Assembly (NCBI GenBank): GCA_965240325.2 | Contig: OZ251238.1 | Location: 930,001 to 994,000, forward strand | DNA: 64,000 nucleotides | DNA from: Rebecca billardiae RCC1528 | Lineage: Eukaryota > Protista > Haptophyta | Direction of reading: 5' to 3' | In this document: in pieces, positions 20,554 to 36,229 of the stretch | How positions within the stretch are numbered: the stretch's first letter is position 1 | How the letters are laid out: each line of letters begins with the position of its first letter | Notes under the pieces: generated by a model | Seen by the model: only the letters and a program-made list of their open reading frames with translations | Database searches by the model: none | Told to the model about the DNA's origin: nothing | Translations under genes and position numbers: made by a program

Positions 20554-22725
20554 TCAGAACGGCGTGACCAACTGCCACCATTCGCCGAAGCGAGCTCTGG
20601 GGCCGGGCGCAGTCTCTGCGGATGAGCCCCCCGACGCCGCAGCCGCAGCGCCGCCCTCCCCGCCACGCGCCCGCTGCTGCTGCAGGCGGCGCGCCTCGCT
20701 CGCGCGCTTGCTGCGCAGGCGCGCGCGCCTTGCCGAGCTGCCGGCTCCGGTCCTCTCATAGTCGCGATCTCCCGTCGCGAGATCGCGCGCGTCCTGCGCG
20801 AGCCGGAAGAGAACGACGGCGGAGATGGCGCGCCACGGGCCCACGGCGAGGCAGAGCGCCGCGGCCGCCGAGAGGATGATCGGCGCTCGCTCCGAGCTGC
20901 CGCCGAGCCAGTACGCCGCCTCACGCGCCGTGCGCACGAGGACAAGCCCGGCGGCGGTGAGCGCGGGCGCGGACGCCCAGCTGGCCACGGAGCGCGCGAC
21001 GCTCGCGCTGCCGACGGCGAGCGCGCGCGCGAGCGCGCGCATGTCCGAGCGCCCCAGGTTGTCGTCCTCATCCTCGAACTCGACGAGCTCCTCCTCCTCC
21101 TCCTCCGCAGCGGCGCCGCGGCCGCGCCGGCCGCGCCGAGCGCGCCGCGAGCCGGCCTGCTGAGCTTCGGAGTCTGACGGCTCGCTCACGTCACGCCACG
21201 CGGGGCGGCGGCCGGCGGCGTGGCGCGCGCTGGCGACGGGCGATCCAGCGGGGCGCGGCGGCGCCGACGTCTCCCTGCCGCCGAGCACCGCCGCCGCCGT
21301 GCGCTCGCACGCGAGCTCGAGCGCGAGGAGAGCCGCCTCCGAGCGCGCGTCGGCCGCTGACCGGCGCGCGCCGGGGTCGCTGTCGGCGCGCGCGCGAGCG
21401 CTGCCGGCGCGCGACTCCGCGCCCAGTCTCCGCCGCCTGCGCAGCTCGGCGCGGACGGAGGAGGTGCTCGCGCGCAGGCACGCGAGGCCCTCGGCCTGGA
21501 AGCGCTCGAGCGCGTGCTCCGCGACGCGCCCCGCCTCGCCGCTGGTGCACGCCGTCGCCATGGCGCGCTGCGCGCCATACCGCAGGGCGAGCACGGCGCG
21601 CGGCGCGAGCGGGTCTGCGCGGCCGTACTCGTCGTCGACGGCGTCCGGCCCGCCCTGCGCGGCGCTGATCGCCTCGAGGAGCTCGGCCGCGTTCATGCCC
21701 AGGCCCTCGGCCGTCGCGCCGCGCGCCACGTCCAGCAGCGCGCGCAGCCCAAAGTCACCGCCTGGGCCAGCGCCGGACATGTCCGGTGCAGCCGCAGCGG
21801 CGGCAGCGCGCGCCCCCGCGGCAGCGGCGCCGGCCCCAGCGGCCGCGGCGGCAGCGGAGCTGGCGGCGGCGGGCTCCTGACGCCGCGGGCCCTCGATGGC
21901 CGCCTTGCACATGCGTAGCTCGGCCAGCAGCAGCGCGAGCCGCTCCGGCGCCGACGCCTCGTCCGCGTCCACGCCCATCGCGAGCAGCCGCGCGAACACC
22001 TCGTCAGCAGGCAGCTCGAGCGCGCGCGCGGCGCGGACGCTCGCCTCAGCGACGAGCCTCTCCTGCCTGGCGCTGAGCTCGCGGGGCACGGGCCGCGCGT
22101 CGCGGGGCCAGTCGAGCGTGTCGTTCTCGACGATCGCCTTCGCCAGCCTCGGCGTCGGCGCGACGAGCGCCGTCGCGAGCGCGAGCGCCAGCTCCGCCCG
22201 AGGCCCCATCGGGTTGTACCCACGAATACCCAGTTTAACCATGCGGTGGAGCAGCGCGCGCGTGCTCAGGCTGGTCGCCCACGCGGCGAGGCGCTGCCAC
22301 GCGCGCAGCAGCGCGGCGTCGCGTGGGCCGTACGTGTCCTCCAGCCGCGCCAGCCCGAGCGGCACGCCCGACGCCGCGCTGCGGCGTGCGCGCGCCGCTC
22401 GGACGTCTGCGAGCCTCGCCAGCAGCGCGTCGCGCTCGAAGAGGCCGGCGGTGGAGATGCCGGCGGCGGCGAGCTCGCGGGCGATCTGGCGCGTGGGCAG
22501 ATCGGCGAGCGAGGCGCGTGCGCGCTCGACGACGTCGGCGTCGCTCCCGACCGCTCGTCGGCGGCCGGCTGCGCAGGCATAGATGGCCGGCCGGCGCGCG
22601 GCGCTGCCTCGGCCGCCGCCAAAGGCCGTGCGCGGCGCGGTGGCGGAGGCGAGGAACGGCGCGTGCGCGCCGCCGAGTGCGACAGGGCAGCACGTGAGCA
22701 CGGTGGCCACGGCGAGGGTCGCCAT
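20554..22725 (-). CDS. Hypothetical protein with probable bipartite (plastid) leader, repeated SAP/LEM-like helical motifs and C-terminal hydrophobic segments
   Basis: MATLAVATVLTCCPVALGG.. leader; LPTRQIARELAAAGISTAGLFERDALLARL and 2-3 similar units; divergent from the next gene. Confidence 0.6.
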   Translation of the reverse strand: MATLAVATVLTCCPVALGGAHAPFLASATAPRTAFGGGRGSAARRPAIYACAAGRRRAVGSDADVVERARASLADLPTRQIARELAAAGISTAGLFERDALLARLADVRAARARRSAASGVPLGLARLEDTYGPRDAALLRAWQRLAAWATSLSTRALLHRMVKLGIRGYNPMGPRAELALALATALVAPTPRLAKAIVENDTLDWPRDARPVPRELSARQERLVAEASVRAARALELPADEVFARLLAMGVDADEASAPERLALLLAELRMCKAAIEGPRRQEPAAASSAAAAAAGAGAAAAGARAAAAAAAPDMSGAGPGGDFGLRALLDVARGATAEGLGMNAAELLEAISAAQGGPDAVDDEYGRADPLAPRAVLALRYGAQRAMATACTSGEAGRVAEHALERFQAEGLACLRASTSSVRAELRRRRRLGAESRAGSARARADSDPGARRSAADARSEAALLALELACERTAAAVLGGRETSAPPRPAGSPVASARHAAGRRPAWRDVSEPSDSEAQQAGSRRARRGRRGRGAAAEEEEEELVEFEDEDDNLGRSDMRALARALAVGSASVARSVASWASAPALTAAGLVLVRTAREAAYWLGGSSERAPIILSAAAALCLAVGPWRAISAVVLFRLAQDARDLATGDRDYERTGAGSSARRARLRSKRASEARRLQQQRARGGEGGAAAAASGGSSAETAPGPRARFGEWWQLVTPF

Positions 22726-22934
22726 GCCCGCCCGGATGGCTGGCGTTGTGCCGCGCCGCCGCCCGTGTGCCGGGATCGACCGAGGACGAGCGCCCGAGGC
22801 CCCGAACGCGTGTGCTTCGTCACTTTTTCTCGACTCTCGCTCGGAACGCGTGCGGCAGCGCTCCCGACCGCGCTCCCACTCCAGCTGTCTCGGCGCACGG
22901 CTCGGCGCATCCACACGCGCGCGATCGGGCGGCG

Positions 22935-23978
22935 ATGGGGAACATCTTCGGGCGTGCCGAGATCGAGCGGCTGCAGGCCGAGCTCGAGAGCACGCAGCAG
23001 GCCCTTGAGCAACAGCGCCAGCGCGCCGCCGCCGAGCTTGAGGCGGAGCAACGCCAGCGCGCGGCCGCCGAGTCTGAGCTCGGCGCGTGCGACGCGGCCG
23101 CGTCTTCTCTACGAACGGAGCTCGCAGCCGTGCGGCAGGAGGAGGAGCAGGCGCGCGAGGCCGCGGCGGCCGCGCGCAAGGCGCACGACGAGCACGCCCT
23201 CCTGGTCAAGCGCATCCTCACCGCGCAGCAGGAGTACGGCGTGCGCGCGTCGCTCGCCGGCGTGCCGAGCCCGGCGGCCGCGGCGGAGCGCATAGCGCGC
23301 GAGCCGTCGCAGGGTGCGCTCTCGCGCGTGGACGCGTCGGCGTGGGCGCTCGAGGCGCCAGCCGTGCTCGCGCGCATGCTCGCCGATCGCGAGCGCGACG
23401 AGGAGCGCGCCGCGCTGCTCGGCGCCGGCATCGGCGCCGAGGCGGCGGGCATCGGTGACCTCTCTCTTGAGCTGCGCGGGGCGGCGACCTCGGCCGTTCT
23501 CGGGCTCACGGTGCGCGGCGCGGCGGGCGGCGGGCTGAGCTCGAGCCCGTTCGACGCGGCCGTCCTCGGCGGGGGGATCATGCACCGCCTCTCCTTCGGC
23601 GCGCTCGGCGCGAGCGCCGTCTATGACCCGGTCGCCAAGTCGATCGATGAGGCACGGGTCTCGATGTTGCTGCTGCCGCCGCCCGCCGACGGGTCCGCGC
23701 GGCCGAGCGCGCGGCTGCTGGCGAGTATGGACCACACGGGCGAGCTGGCGCTCGCGCACAGCTGGCGGCCCACACGGGCGCTCACGCTCAAGACGAACCT
23801 CGGCATCGACGTGAACAAAAGCTCGTGCGCGCGCGCGCGCGCGCACACACACCCCGAGTGCACTGCCGCCCGCGCCGCGTGTGCGCAGCGGCGCGCTCAC
23901 GCGCCCTCGGCGCGCCGCGTCGCGCCCGCCCGCAGGATCTCCAAGTATGGCGCGCACGTGACCGTCGACATGCGCTGA
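22935..23978 (+). CDS. Coiled-coil protein with C-terminal VDAC/porin-3-like beta strands (in-frame intron 23825-23935)
   Basis: MGNIFG start (N-myristoylation-like); heptad-rich N-half; ASMDHTGELALAHSWRPTRALTLKTNLGIDVNKSS|ISKYGAHVTVD resembles the VDAC C-terminus and beta-signal. Confidence 0.55.
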   Translation: MGNIFGRAEIERLQAELESTQQALEQQRQRAAAELEAEQRQRAAAESELGACDAAASSLRTELAAVRQEEEQAREAAAAARKAHDEHALLVKRILTAQQEYGVRASLAGVPSPAAAAERIAREPSQGALSRVDASAWALEAPAVLARMLADRERDEERAALLGAGIGAEAAGIGDLSLELRGAATSAVLGLTVRGAAGGGLSSSPFDAAVLGGGIMHRLSFGALGASAVYDPVAKSIDEARVSMLLLPPPADGSARPSARLLASMDHTGELALAHSWRPTRALTLKTNLGIDVNKSSCARARAHTHPECTAARAACAQRRAHAPSARRVAPARRISKYGAHVTVDMR

Positions 23979-24532
23979 ACACGGCGCGTACGTCTCGCCG
24001 CCGCCGCCGCCGGCGCTCTCGCTGCGCGCGCGTCGGCTCTCGCCCTCAAACTGGTTGCTGGTCGCCGAGAGAGCAGTGTAGACGGGTGGGTGCCGCAGAG
24101 CGCTCCGCAGCCTTGGCAGGCGCCCGGCGGTGGCGTTGTGTCGAAGCCTGGCGGTGGACGCGCGCGTGTGCGCGGCTTCTCTAACCATGCTGGCCGATAC
24201 ACTCGCGCGCGAAAACGACGGGCTGACCGCGCTCGGCCGCCTCGGCGCGCAGCAGCCAGCATCCACGCCGCCACGCGGTTCGGAAGGCGGACGGAGTTTG
24301 TTGTCCGTCGAAAGCATATGACGGCAGTAGTACCCGCCACCGTACTCAGCAGTCCTCAGGCCGTCGCAACGGCGCTGCGCCTTCGGAGGCCTGAGCCTGC
24401 TCAGACTTAGTGTCACATTGTTGGCGACGCGCGCGCTGTCTTGGTTCACCTCTGATGAGGGTTCGTCACGGTAAATGCGAATATATGATTTTTTTCATTT
24501 GATATGCAGAAAGCGGCCGGCGAGCTCGCAGG

Positions 24533-25765
24533 ATGGCGCTCGGCAGCGTCGCGATCGGAGGGTTCGGGGTGGCGGTGCTGCCGGTGCTGTGCGCCTTCGG
24601 CTTCGAGGCATGGAAGATGGGCGCGCACTTCCGATTCCTCCGGCCGGACCAAGTCTCGCCCACGCACACGATGAAGGCGGTGACGTACCACACGCATGGC
24701 GCAGCCAGCGAGGTGCTGCGCGTGGAATCGGTCGCAGCGCCGGTCACGCCGGCAGGGCCGGGGCTCATCGTCGTGCGCGTCGCCGGAGCCGCGCTCAATC
24801 CGGTGGACTTCAAGATGCGACGCAATCCCCAGCCCGCCATGCTCATCCCGCTGCCCAAGATCCCGGGCTATGACGTCTCCGGCGTCGTGGTGAGTGCCGG
24901 GCCGGGGACGCCGTTCGCGGCCGGCGATGCCGTTTTCGGCATGCTGCCGATCATCGGCAATCGGTGGGGCAGCCTCGCCGAGTACGTGGTCGGCGACGCG
25001 CGCGCATTCGCGCACGCGCCCAAGACCGTGCCCCTCGCCGACGCCGCCGCGCTGCCGCTCGTGGGCCTCACGGTGCTACAGGTTCTGGACATGGCCGTCG
25101 GCGCCGCGCTGGGCGCGCGGCCGCCGCCGCCTCGCGGAGAGCCAAGGCGGATCCTGGTGCAGGCGGCCTCGGGGGGCGTGGGCTCGTTCGCCGTGCAGTA
25201 CGCTCGGAACGTGCTGCGCTTCGACGAGGTGCACGCCACCGCGTCCGCGAGCAACGCCGACTTTGTCCGCTCGCTCGGCGCGACGCACGCGTATGACTAC
25301 ACAGCGGCGGACGGCGCGGCCCTCGCGGCGCGCGGCATGGACGTCGTGATCGACCCGGTGGCGTGGCGGTACATGGGCGCGACGCTGCAGCCGGGCAGCC
25401 ACGTGCTGCGCGACGGGGGCGCGTACGCGCACATTCTGTCCTCCGACTGGGCATCGAACGACGCCGAGTCGTCGCCGCTGCTGCCGTTTCTCGGCGCCTT
25501 CCACCGGTGGAGCTCGGCGCTGAGGAGCGTGCTCAACCCGTCGACGCGCCGGGTCTTCTCGTCCGCGGTGGTGCCGGACGCGCTGGGTCTGAGGCGCATT
25601 GCGGAGTACGTCGACAGCGGGCAGGTGCGGCCGGTGATCGACAAGGTCTTCGTCGGCCTCGACTCGGCGGTCGACGCGTTTCACCACCTGGAGACAGGGC
25701 ATGCGCGCGGCAAGGTGATCGTGCGGCCTAGCGAGGAGGAATGGTGGACGTCAGCACCAGCGTAG
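24533..25765 (+). CDS. Zinc-independent MDR family NADPH:quinone oxidoreductase (RTN4IP1/AOR-like)
   Basis: VRVAGAALNPVDFKMR, PGYDVSGVV, GSLAEYV, AAALPLVGLT, ILVQAASGGVGSFAVQYA, GHARGKVIV. Confidence 0.9.
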   Translation: MALGSVAIGGFGVAVLPVLCAFGFEAWKMGAHFRFLRPDQVSPTHTMKAVTYHTHGAASEVLRVESVAAPVTPAGPGLIVVRVAGAALNPVDFKMRRNPQPAMLIPLPKIPGYDVSGVVVSAGPGTPFAAGDAVFGMLPIIGNRWGSLAEYVVGDARAFAHAPKTVPLADAAALPLVGLTVLQVLDMAVGAALGARPPPPRGEPRRILVQAASGGVGSFAVQYARNVLRFDEVHATASASNADFVRSLGATHAYDYTAADGAALAARGMDVVIDPVAWRYMGATLQPGSHVLRDGGAYAHILSSDWASNDAESSPLLPFLGAFHRWSSALRSVLNPSTRRVFSSAVVPDALGLRRIAEYVDSGQVRPVIDKVFVGLDSAVDAFHHLETGHARGKVIVRPSEEEWWTSAPA

Positions 25766-26469
25766 CCCGCGGGGCCTGGTGGCGCTGTGTTGATGGAATA
25801 TGGTCCGAGCAGCACCGCGCGGGTGGTGCCTCCCGTGCCGCCGCCTGACTGCATGAAGCGGGGCGGCGCGCCGGCAGAGTTCCGTGGGGCCGTGTCCGCC
25901 GGGACGGTTACGTCATACGTACACGTGGCCGAGTCACAATACTGAGCATTGAGTAACTGAGAGTGAGTCCCGGCCGCCGGGCGCCGGGCCGGGGGCCCCG
26001 CGGGGCCCGCCCGGCGGCGGCGCCGTGGCCGCGGGCGGCCCGGTGACGCCGCGGGCGGCCCGGACGCCGCGGTCGGCGGTCAGCGGTGGCCCCAGCCAGG
26101 CCGGGACAGCCCAGGTGAGGCCGGTCAGACAGGCTGAGACTCGGAGGCCCGACCAGTGAGCGTTGCTGATAGGTACCGGCCTTACGGAGCACCTACTGGC
26201 CGCGGCGGGATCGGGCGATCGGCATCGTGCAGGTTGAGCGGCGAGGCTCATCAGGATTCAGGGTGGAGAATCAGAGCTCGTTCCGTTGACCGACCGCCGA
26301 GAACCCGGCCGCGTGCGAACTTCCACCAGTCCGGTGCATGTTTCATGTGCACAGCGCGTTCTGCGAGAAGGTTTTCGACCCACCGGCCGATCAATCGGTT
26401 CCTCACTGGCCAGTCGTAATTGCGCCGCAGCGAATCTACTGGCCGTCTGGCGTGCACGCGTCCCAGGAA

Positions 26470-27985
26470 ATGTGGAGGACCCTGCGCTTCCGCGCGATCG
26501 GCGCCTCCGCTGCCGCGGCGGGGTCGGCGCTGGGCTTCCGCCTGTACGATGGCGGGTTGACGGCGGCCGCCAGCGCCGACGGCCCGACTGCGGGCGGGCC
26601 GCACAAGCTCACCAAGCTGATCTCGCCCGTGCCGTCCGACATCGACATTGCTCAGGCGGCGACGGTGCTGCCGATCGACACGGTGGCGGCGCACGTGGGG
26701 ATTCTGCCCGACGAGCTCGAGCTGCACGGCAAGCACATGGCAAAGGTGTGCCTCGAGGTGCGCGACCGCCTCGCCGGCCACCCCGACGGCAACTACGTCG
26801 TCGTCACCGGCATCAACCCGACGCCGCTCGGCGAGGGCAAGTCGACGACCACGGTCGGTGTCTCTCAGGCGCTGGGTGCGCACCTCGGCGCGCGGGTGAT
26901 CACGTGCGTGCGGCAGCCGTCGATGGGCCCGACGTTCGGCATCAAGGGCGGCGCGGCCGGCGGCGGCTACGCGCAGGTCCTCCCGATGGAGGAGTTCAAC
27001 CTGCACATGACGGGCGACATCCACGCCATCACCGCGGCGAACAATTTGCTCGCGGCGGCGATCGACACGCGCATGTTCCACGAGCACACGCAGAAGGACC
27101 AGGCGCTGTTCGAGCGGCTGTGCCCGAGGCGGAAGGACGGCACGCGCCGCTTCGCGCCCGTCATGCTCAAGCGCCTCGAGAAGCTCGGCATCACGCCCGC
27201 AGTGCGTGGTAAGCCGCGGCCGCCGCCGCCGGGCGCGCTCGCTGGCATGCCTGCCCTTGACCCGTCGCTCGACTATGACCCGGAGTCGCTCACGGTGGAC
27301 GAGCGCGCGGCGTTCGCGCGGCTGGATCTGGACCCGTCGACCATCACGTGGAACCGCGTCGTCGACGTGAACGACCGCTTCCTGCGCAAGATCACCGTCG
27401 GGCAGGGCTCGGCGGAGAAAGGGATGACACGCGAGACTGTGCGCGCACGCGGCCGGCACCGCGCGCCGCGGCCGGGCTGTGCTGGGGCGGGGGAGGCGGC
27501 GGAGCCCGCGCGGCGGCACGCGCGCACGCCGCTCGCGCCGCGCCGCGCGCACGCGGCTGCACTCGGCGCGTGCGCACGCCGCCCGCGCTCACCACCGCCG
27601 TCTCCGCGCGCGCGCATGCGCGCCCGCGCCGCGCGCCCGCTCGGTCCGCGCCGCGACCCACCAGGGCTACGACATCTCTGTCGCATCTGAAATCATGGCC
27701 GTGCTGGCCCTGGCCACGGGGCTGTCGGACATGCGCACGCGGCTGGGGAACATGGTGGTCGGCGCGTCGCGCGCGCGGCTGCCGGTCAACGCCGACGACC
27801 TCGGCATCGGCGGCGCGCTCACCGTCCTGATGAAGGAAGCGATCAAGCCGACCCTGATGCAGACTCTGGAGGGGACGCCTGTTCTTGTGCACGCGGGCCC
27901 GTTCGCCAACATCGCGCACGGCAACTCGTCGATCATCGCGGACCAGATCGCGCTCAAGCTGGTCGGGCGTGACGGCTTCGTGGTG

Positions 27986-28029
<44 letters not shown>

Positions 28030-29565
28030 TAACATCAAGTGCCGCGCATCGGGTGCGTCGCCCGCGCGCGGCGCGGCGCGGCGCGCAGCGCAGCGCGGTG
28101 CACGGCGGCGCGGCGCGCAGCGCCTCGCGCGGCCGCGTGGGCGCGCGCGAGAGGAGAGGGAGAGCGCGCGCGCTTGAGCGTGCGTGCGTGGCACGCCGCG
28201 CGTGCCGCCACGCTGACGCGCGCGCGCACGCCCCGTGCACGCCGCGCGCGCGCGCGCGCACGCCCACCAGGCCTCAAGCCAAACTGTGTGCTGCTGGTCG
28301 CCACCGTGCGCGCGCTCAAGATGCACGGCGACGGCCCCAAGGTGGTGGCGGGGAAGGCCATCCCGAAGGAGTACACGGAGGAGAACCTGCCGCTGGTGGG
28401 CAAGGTGTGTGGCCCGCGCCCTCTGCCTCTGCGCGCGCGCCGTGCCCCTCGGGGCAGCACCGCCACGCGCGTGCGACGCCCGCGCGCGCGTGCAAGCGGT
28501 GCCTCCGTGCAAGCCTGGAGCTGCTTGGACGTGCCGGCAGCGGCTGTCACCACGCCCAGCCCGGCCGAGCCGCGGGAGAGCGTGCCGCTGGCTGCGACCG
28601 CTGGGTCTCTCGCGCGACGAGGCGTGCGCTGGGCACTCGCCCTCGCCCGCGCTCACTCGCGAGCCGCGGCCCTCTGTGCGCCTGTGGACGCTGCGCCGTC
28701 CGCCCGCGTTTGCGGCTGCTGCGCTGCGCGCTCGCTCGCGCCGTCCGCGCGCCGTCCGCTGCCTCAGGGTGTGACCAACATGCAGAAGCACATCAAGAAC
28801 GCGCACAAGTTCGGCGTGCCCGTCGTGGTGTGCGTGAACCGCTTCGCCACGGACACGGACGCGGAGATCGAGCTCGTGCGCGGCGCGGCGCTCTCGGCAG
28901 GCGCTGACGCGGCAGTTATTGGCGAGCACCACGCCAAGGGTGGCGCGGGCGCGGTGACGGTGGCGGAGGCTGTGAAGGCGGCGTGCGCCAAGTCGCGCGC
29001 ACTGGAGGCGAAGGGCCAGGGCGGCTTCAAGTACCTCTACGAGCTCGACCTGCCCATCAAGTCCAAGATCGAGACGATCGCCATGGATGTGCGCGCGCGC
29101 GCGCGCGTGCGCGAGCTGCGAGCAGCATGCGCCTCGCGGCCAGCCGGTCGGAGGGGGCGCCGTGAGGCCGGGCGCGGGGCGGCGCGCGCAAGCCCGGCTC
29201 ACACGCCCGATCCGCCGCCGCGCACGCACGCACGCGCCCGGCGCGGGGCGCAGATCTACGGCGCGGACGGCGTGACCTACTCACGCGAGGCGGAGGAGAA
29301 GATCAAGCTGTACACGGAGATGGGGTTCGACGCGCTGCCGATCTGCATGGCGAAGACGCAGTACTCGCTGACCGCGGAGGCGGACAAGAAGGGCGTGCCG
29401 ACGGGCTTCACGCTGCCCATCCAGGACGTGCGAGTGTCCGTGGGCGCCGGGTTCATCTACCCGCTGTGCGGCACGATGTCGACGATGCCGGGTCTGCCCA
29501 CGCGGCCTGCGTTCTACGACGTCGACGTGGACCCGAAGACGGGAAGGGTGCAAGGCCTCTTCTAA
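26470..29565 (+). CDS. FTHFS: Formate--tetrahydrofolate ligase (10-formyl-THF synthetase), probable mitochondrial presequence; multi-exon
   Basis: [110 protein letters not shown]; about 4 GT-AG introns. Confidence 0.97.
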
Positions 29566-29818
29566 GGCACGCTGCGCTGCGGGCCGGCGCGCCTCGCCTC
29601 CGCCATGCGTTGCGGGGGGGATCGAACGGGGCGAGCCAGGCAAGCAAGCTCCACCATCGTGCGTGGCGGCGCGCTTGGTTCAGACTCTTCGCTGAATGAT
29701 AACAGCCGAGCGATGCGGGTAGATTTTCGCCGTAACAGCAAGCGCAAAACTTGAGTGGGTGGAAGGGAGTCTTGGAGTCTGAAGCCGAGCGCGCGTTCAG
29801 TGCCCACGCACGCGCTAG

Positions 29819-33835
<4,017 letters not shown>

Positions 33836-34201
33836 CCGACTGACCGTGACGGCGGCGCCGCCGGACCGCAGCCCGCGGCAGCCGTCAGTCAGTCTGCTGT
33901 CAGACGTCGAGCCGACGCGCCTGCAGCCTGCAGCGATATGATCGATATATATGCTGACATGCACTGATGATGCGCTGTAGTATACTGATCGATGCACGCA
34001 GTCAGAATCAGCAGCAGCCTGATATGCTGATGACAAGTCGTGTCATCTGATACGAGACTGAGCCCCGCTGGTCCGCCGGAGCGCCGACGAGGCCCGCCCG
34101 GCGGCCGGCGGAGCCGCCGGCCGTTCCTCATCGGTCGCCGCAGTCACCGGCTCAGCGCTGTCGTCGCAGCGTGCTCCCACCCCTGATCCCGCGAAGACGT
34201 G

Positions 34202-35926
34202 TCATGCGACTGGCGGTGCCGCCACTGCGCCCGTCGCCAGCGGGGGTGGCTGCGCCGATTGCGGCGCGTCGTGCGCTGCCGCGTCTGGCAGCTCGTCGCT
34301 GGGTGGCGCTGTCGGCGTGCGCTGCGGCGGCTGCTGCGCCGCTGCCTGCGCCGCTGCCAGCTTCTTTTCACTGGCACCGCCGCTGCCGGCGGCGCCCCCC
34401 GCGCCGCCGCCGCCGCCCCCTGAGGCCACGTGCTGCAGCGGCAGCATCGTGGGCGGCGCCCAGCGCAGCCGCTGCGGGTCGACCATCAGACTCTTCCGCT
34501 GCTGCGAGCGGACGTGCTCCTCGACAGTGCGCGGGTTCACGGAAACTACGTGCTGCCCCTTCCAGTACCGCACGAGGTTGAGCGACTGCAGCGTGCTGAC
34601 CACGTCCTCCTGCTTGATCGCGGTGAGCGTCGAGAGCTGCTTGATCGAGACGTTCCCCTGATGCCTCGCCTGCGCGCGGGCGCCAAAGCACGCGCGCGCG
34701 CGCGTCGCGCCGGCAGGCAGCCGTCAGCGGCGCCGCCACCGCCGGCCGCCCGCGCGCCCGCGCGCCCTCCCCCTGCCGCGCACGCACCAGCACGTCAAGC
34801 AGCACCTCGGTCCAGTACGAGCGGAAGGTGACCTGGCCCAGGTCCGAGAGCGGCTTCTCCGGCGAGCCCGTGCGGCCCTCCCTGATCGACAGCTGGTACG
34901 CCAGGGAGATGAGCAGCTTGCCTGCGCGCCGCAGACAGGCCACGCAGAGGCGACGGCCGAGCTGAGACGGCGACCGCAGGCGCGACGCTGGGGCGCGCGC
35001 GCGCGCGCGGCGCGCGCACCGTAGCCCTTGCGCTGGTGCGGCGGCAGCACGAGGATGCAGGCGAGGTTGTTCCCCTCCGCCGAGTGCTTCTCCTTCGAGA
35101 AGTACCCGACGATGTGGTGCCCCGCCTCGTCCATCTCGCAGAGGACGTACAGTAGGAACGGGTCGACGTCGTAGTAGAGCGTCTTGTGGTCGAGGAAGAG
35201 CTTCGCGAGCAGGCAGAGGCACTGGGCGTACACCTTGTGCGCGCGGCCGTCGACCTCGAAGACGGTCAGGTGCGTGGGCGGCGGCAGCCCGTCGAGCGCG
35301 CTCGACGCCGGCGCGGGCGCGCGGTAGATCTCGCGGCCGGGCGGCGCGCGCTGCGTGCAGGCCGCGACGTGCCGCTGGTAGGTCGCAAACTGTGACATGT
35401 ACTTGAGCGTGTACTCGCAGATGAAGAGGCGCGAGCTCGCGGCGAACTCGTCGGGGTAGGGCGAGAAGTACCACGTGTCGATCTCGAACGGCCCCATCAC
35501 CACGCTGTGGATGTTCTTCACCTTGGCGTGCTCGGTCTGGTCCTTCTCGAGCGCGCGGTCGAGCTCGAGCGCTGCCTGCGACACGTTGAGCTCGTCGTTC
35601 TTGCGCTTCATGTTGCGCGTCTTGCGCACGTTCGCGTCCCCCGAGCCCGCAGACAGCCCCTGCTCCGCCGCCGCGGGCGCGGCGGCTGGCCGCTCGCTCA
35701 GGATCCGATCGGCCGCCACCCACTCATCCAGTCGGCGGTTCATGCCGTGGTAGTGCACGTAAAACTCCCACTCGCCTGGCCTGCCGGCGGCGGCCGGCCG
35801 CCGCTCGATGATCTGGCAGCGGTGCGGCTCGTTGTCCGTCCAGCGGCAGAAGACGTCGTCGCCGACGCTCGGCAGCGCGGCGAGCTCCGGGCCGTCGGCC
35901 ACGGGCGCGGCCGCGGGCGCAGCCAT
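34202..35926 (-). CDS. MYST-family histone acetyltransferase with Tudor-knot/chromo domain (MOF/Esa1/HAM-like); two introns
   Basis: [96 protein letters not shown]. Confidence 0.95.
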
Positions 35927-36130
35927 GGGTAAAAGTCAAGGCCTCAAGCGCACGACCAACGGACCACGCCAGCTGGCAGTGCAGCAAAGCCGCCCGGAAA
36001 TCCGGAATCTGAAAAAACCGCCTCCGGCCCGGCTCCCGCCTCCCGGCTCGACCGACGACGGCGACGCCTGTTGCCGTTGGCTGATGTCTCAGACTCAGTG
36101 TGATCCGAGTGAGTGATGGTAACACCAAGC

Positions 36131-36229
36131 GAGGTCCGGGCCGGGAGCTCCCAGCGAGCGGCCAGCGCAACATCACCTCAAGGTTTTTCCCTGAGCTGCA
36201 GCTCGCTGGGAGCTCCCGGCCCGGACCTC
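36131..36229. repeat. Perfect 29-bp inverted repeat forming a ~100-nt hairpin (pre-miRNA-like or micro-MITE)
   Basis: GAGGTCCGGGCCGGGAGCTCCCAGCGAGC (36131-36159) / exact reverse complement (36201-36229), with partial additional pairing in the loop. Confidence 0.85.

Noticed and set aside
25968-26080. Near-100% GC quasi-palindromic stretch as a structured ncRNA
   Set aside because: Self-complementarity is expected at this composition; no recognisable RNA family motif.
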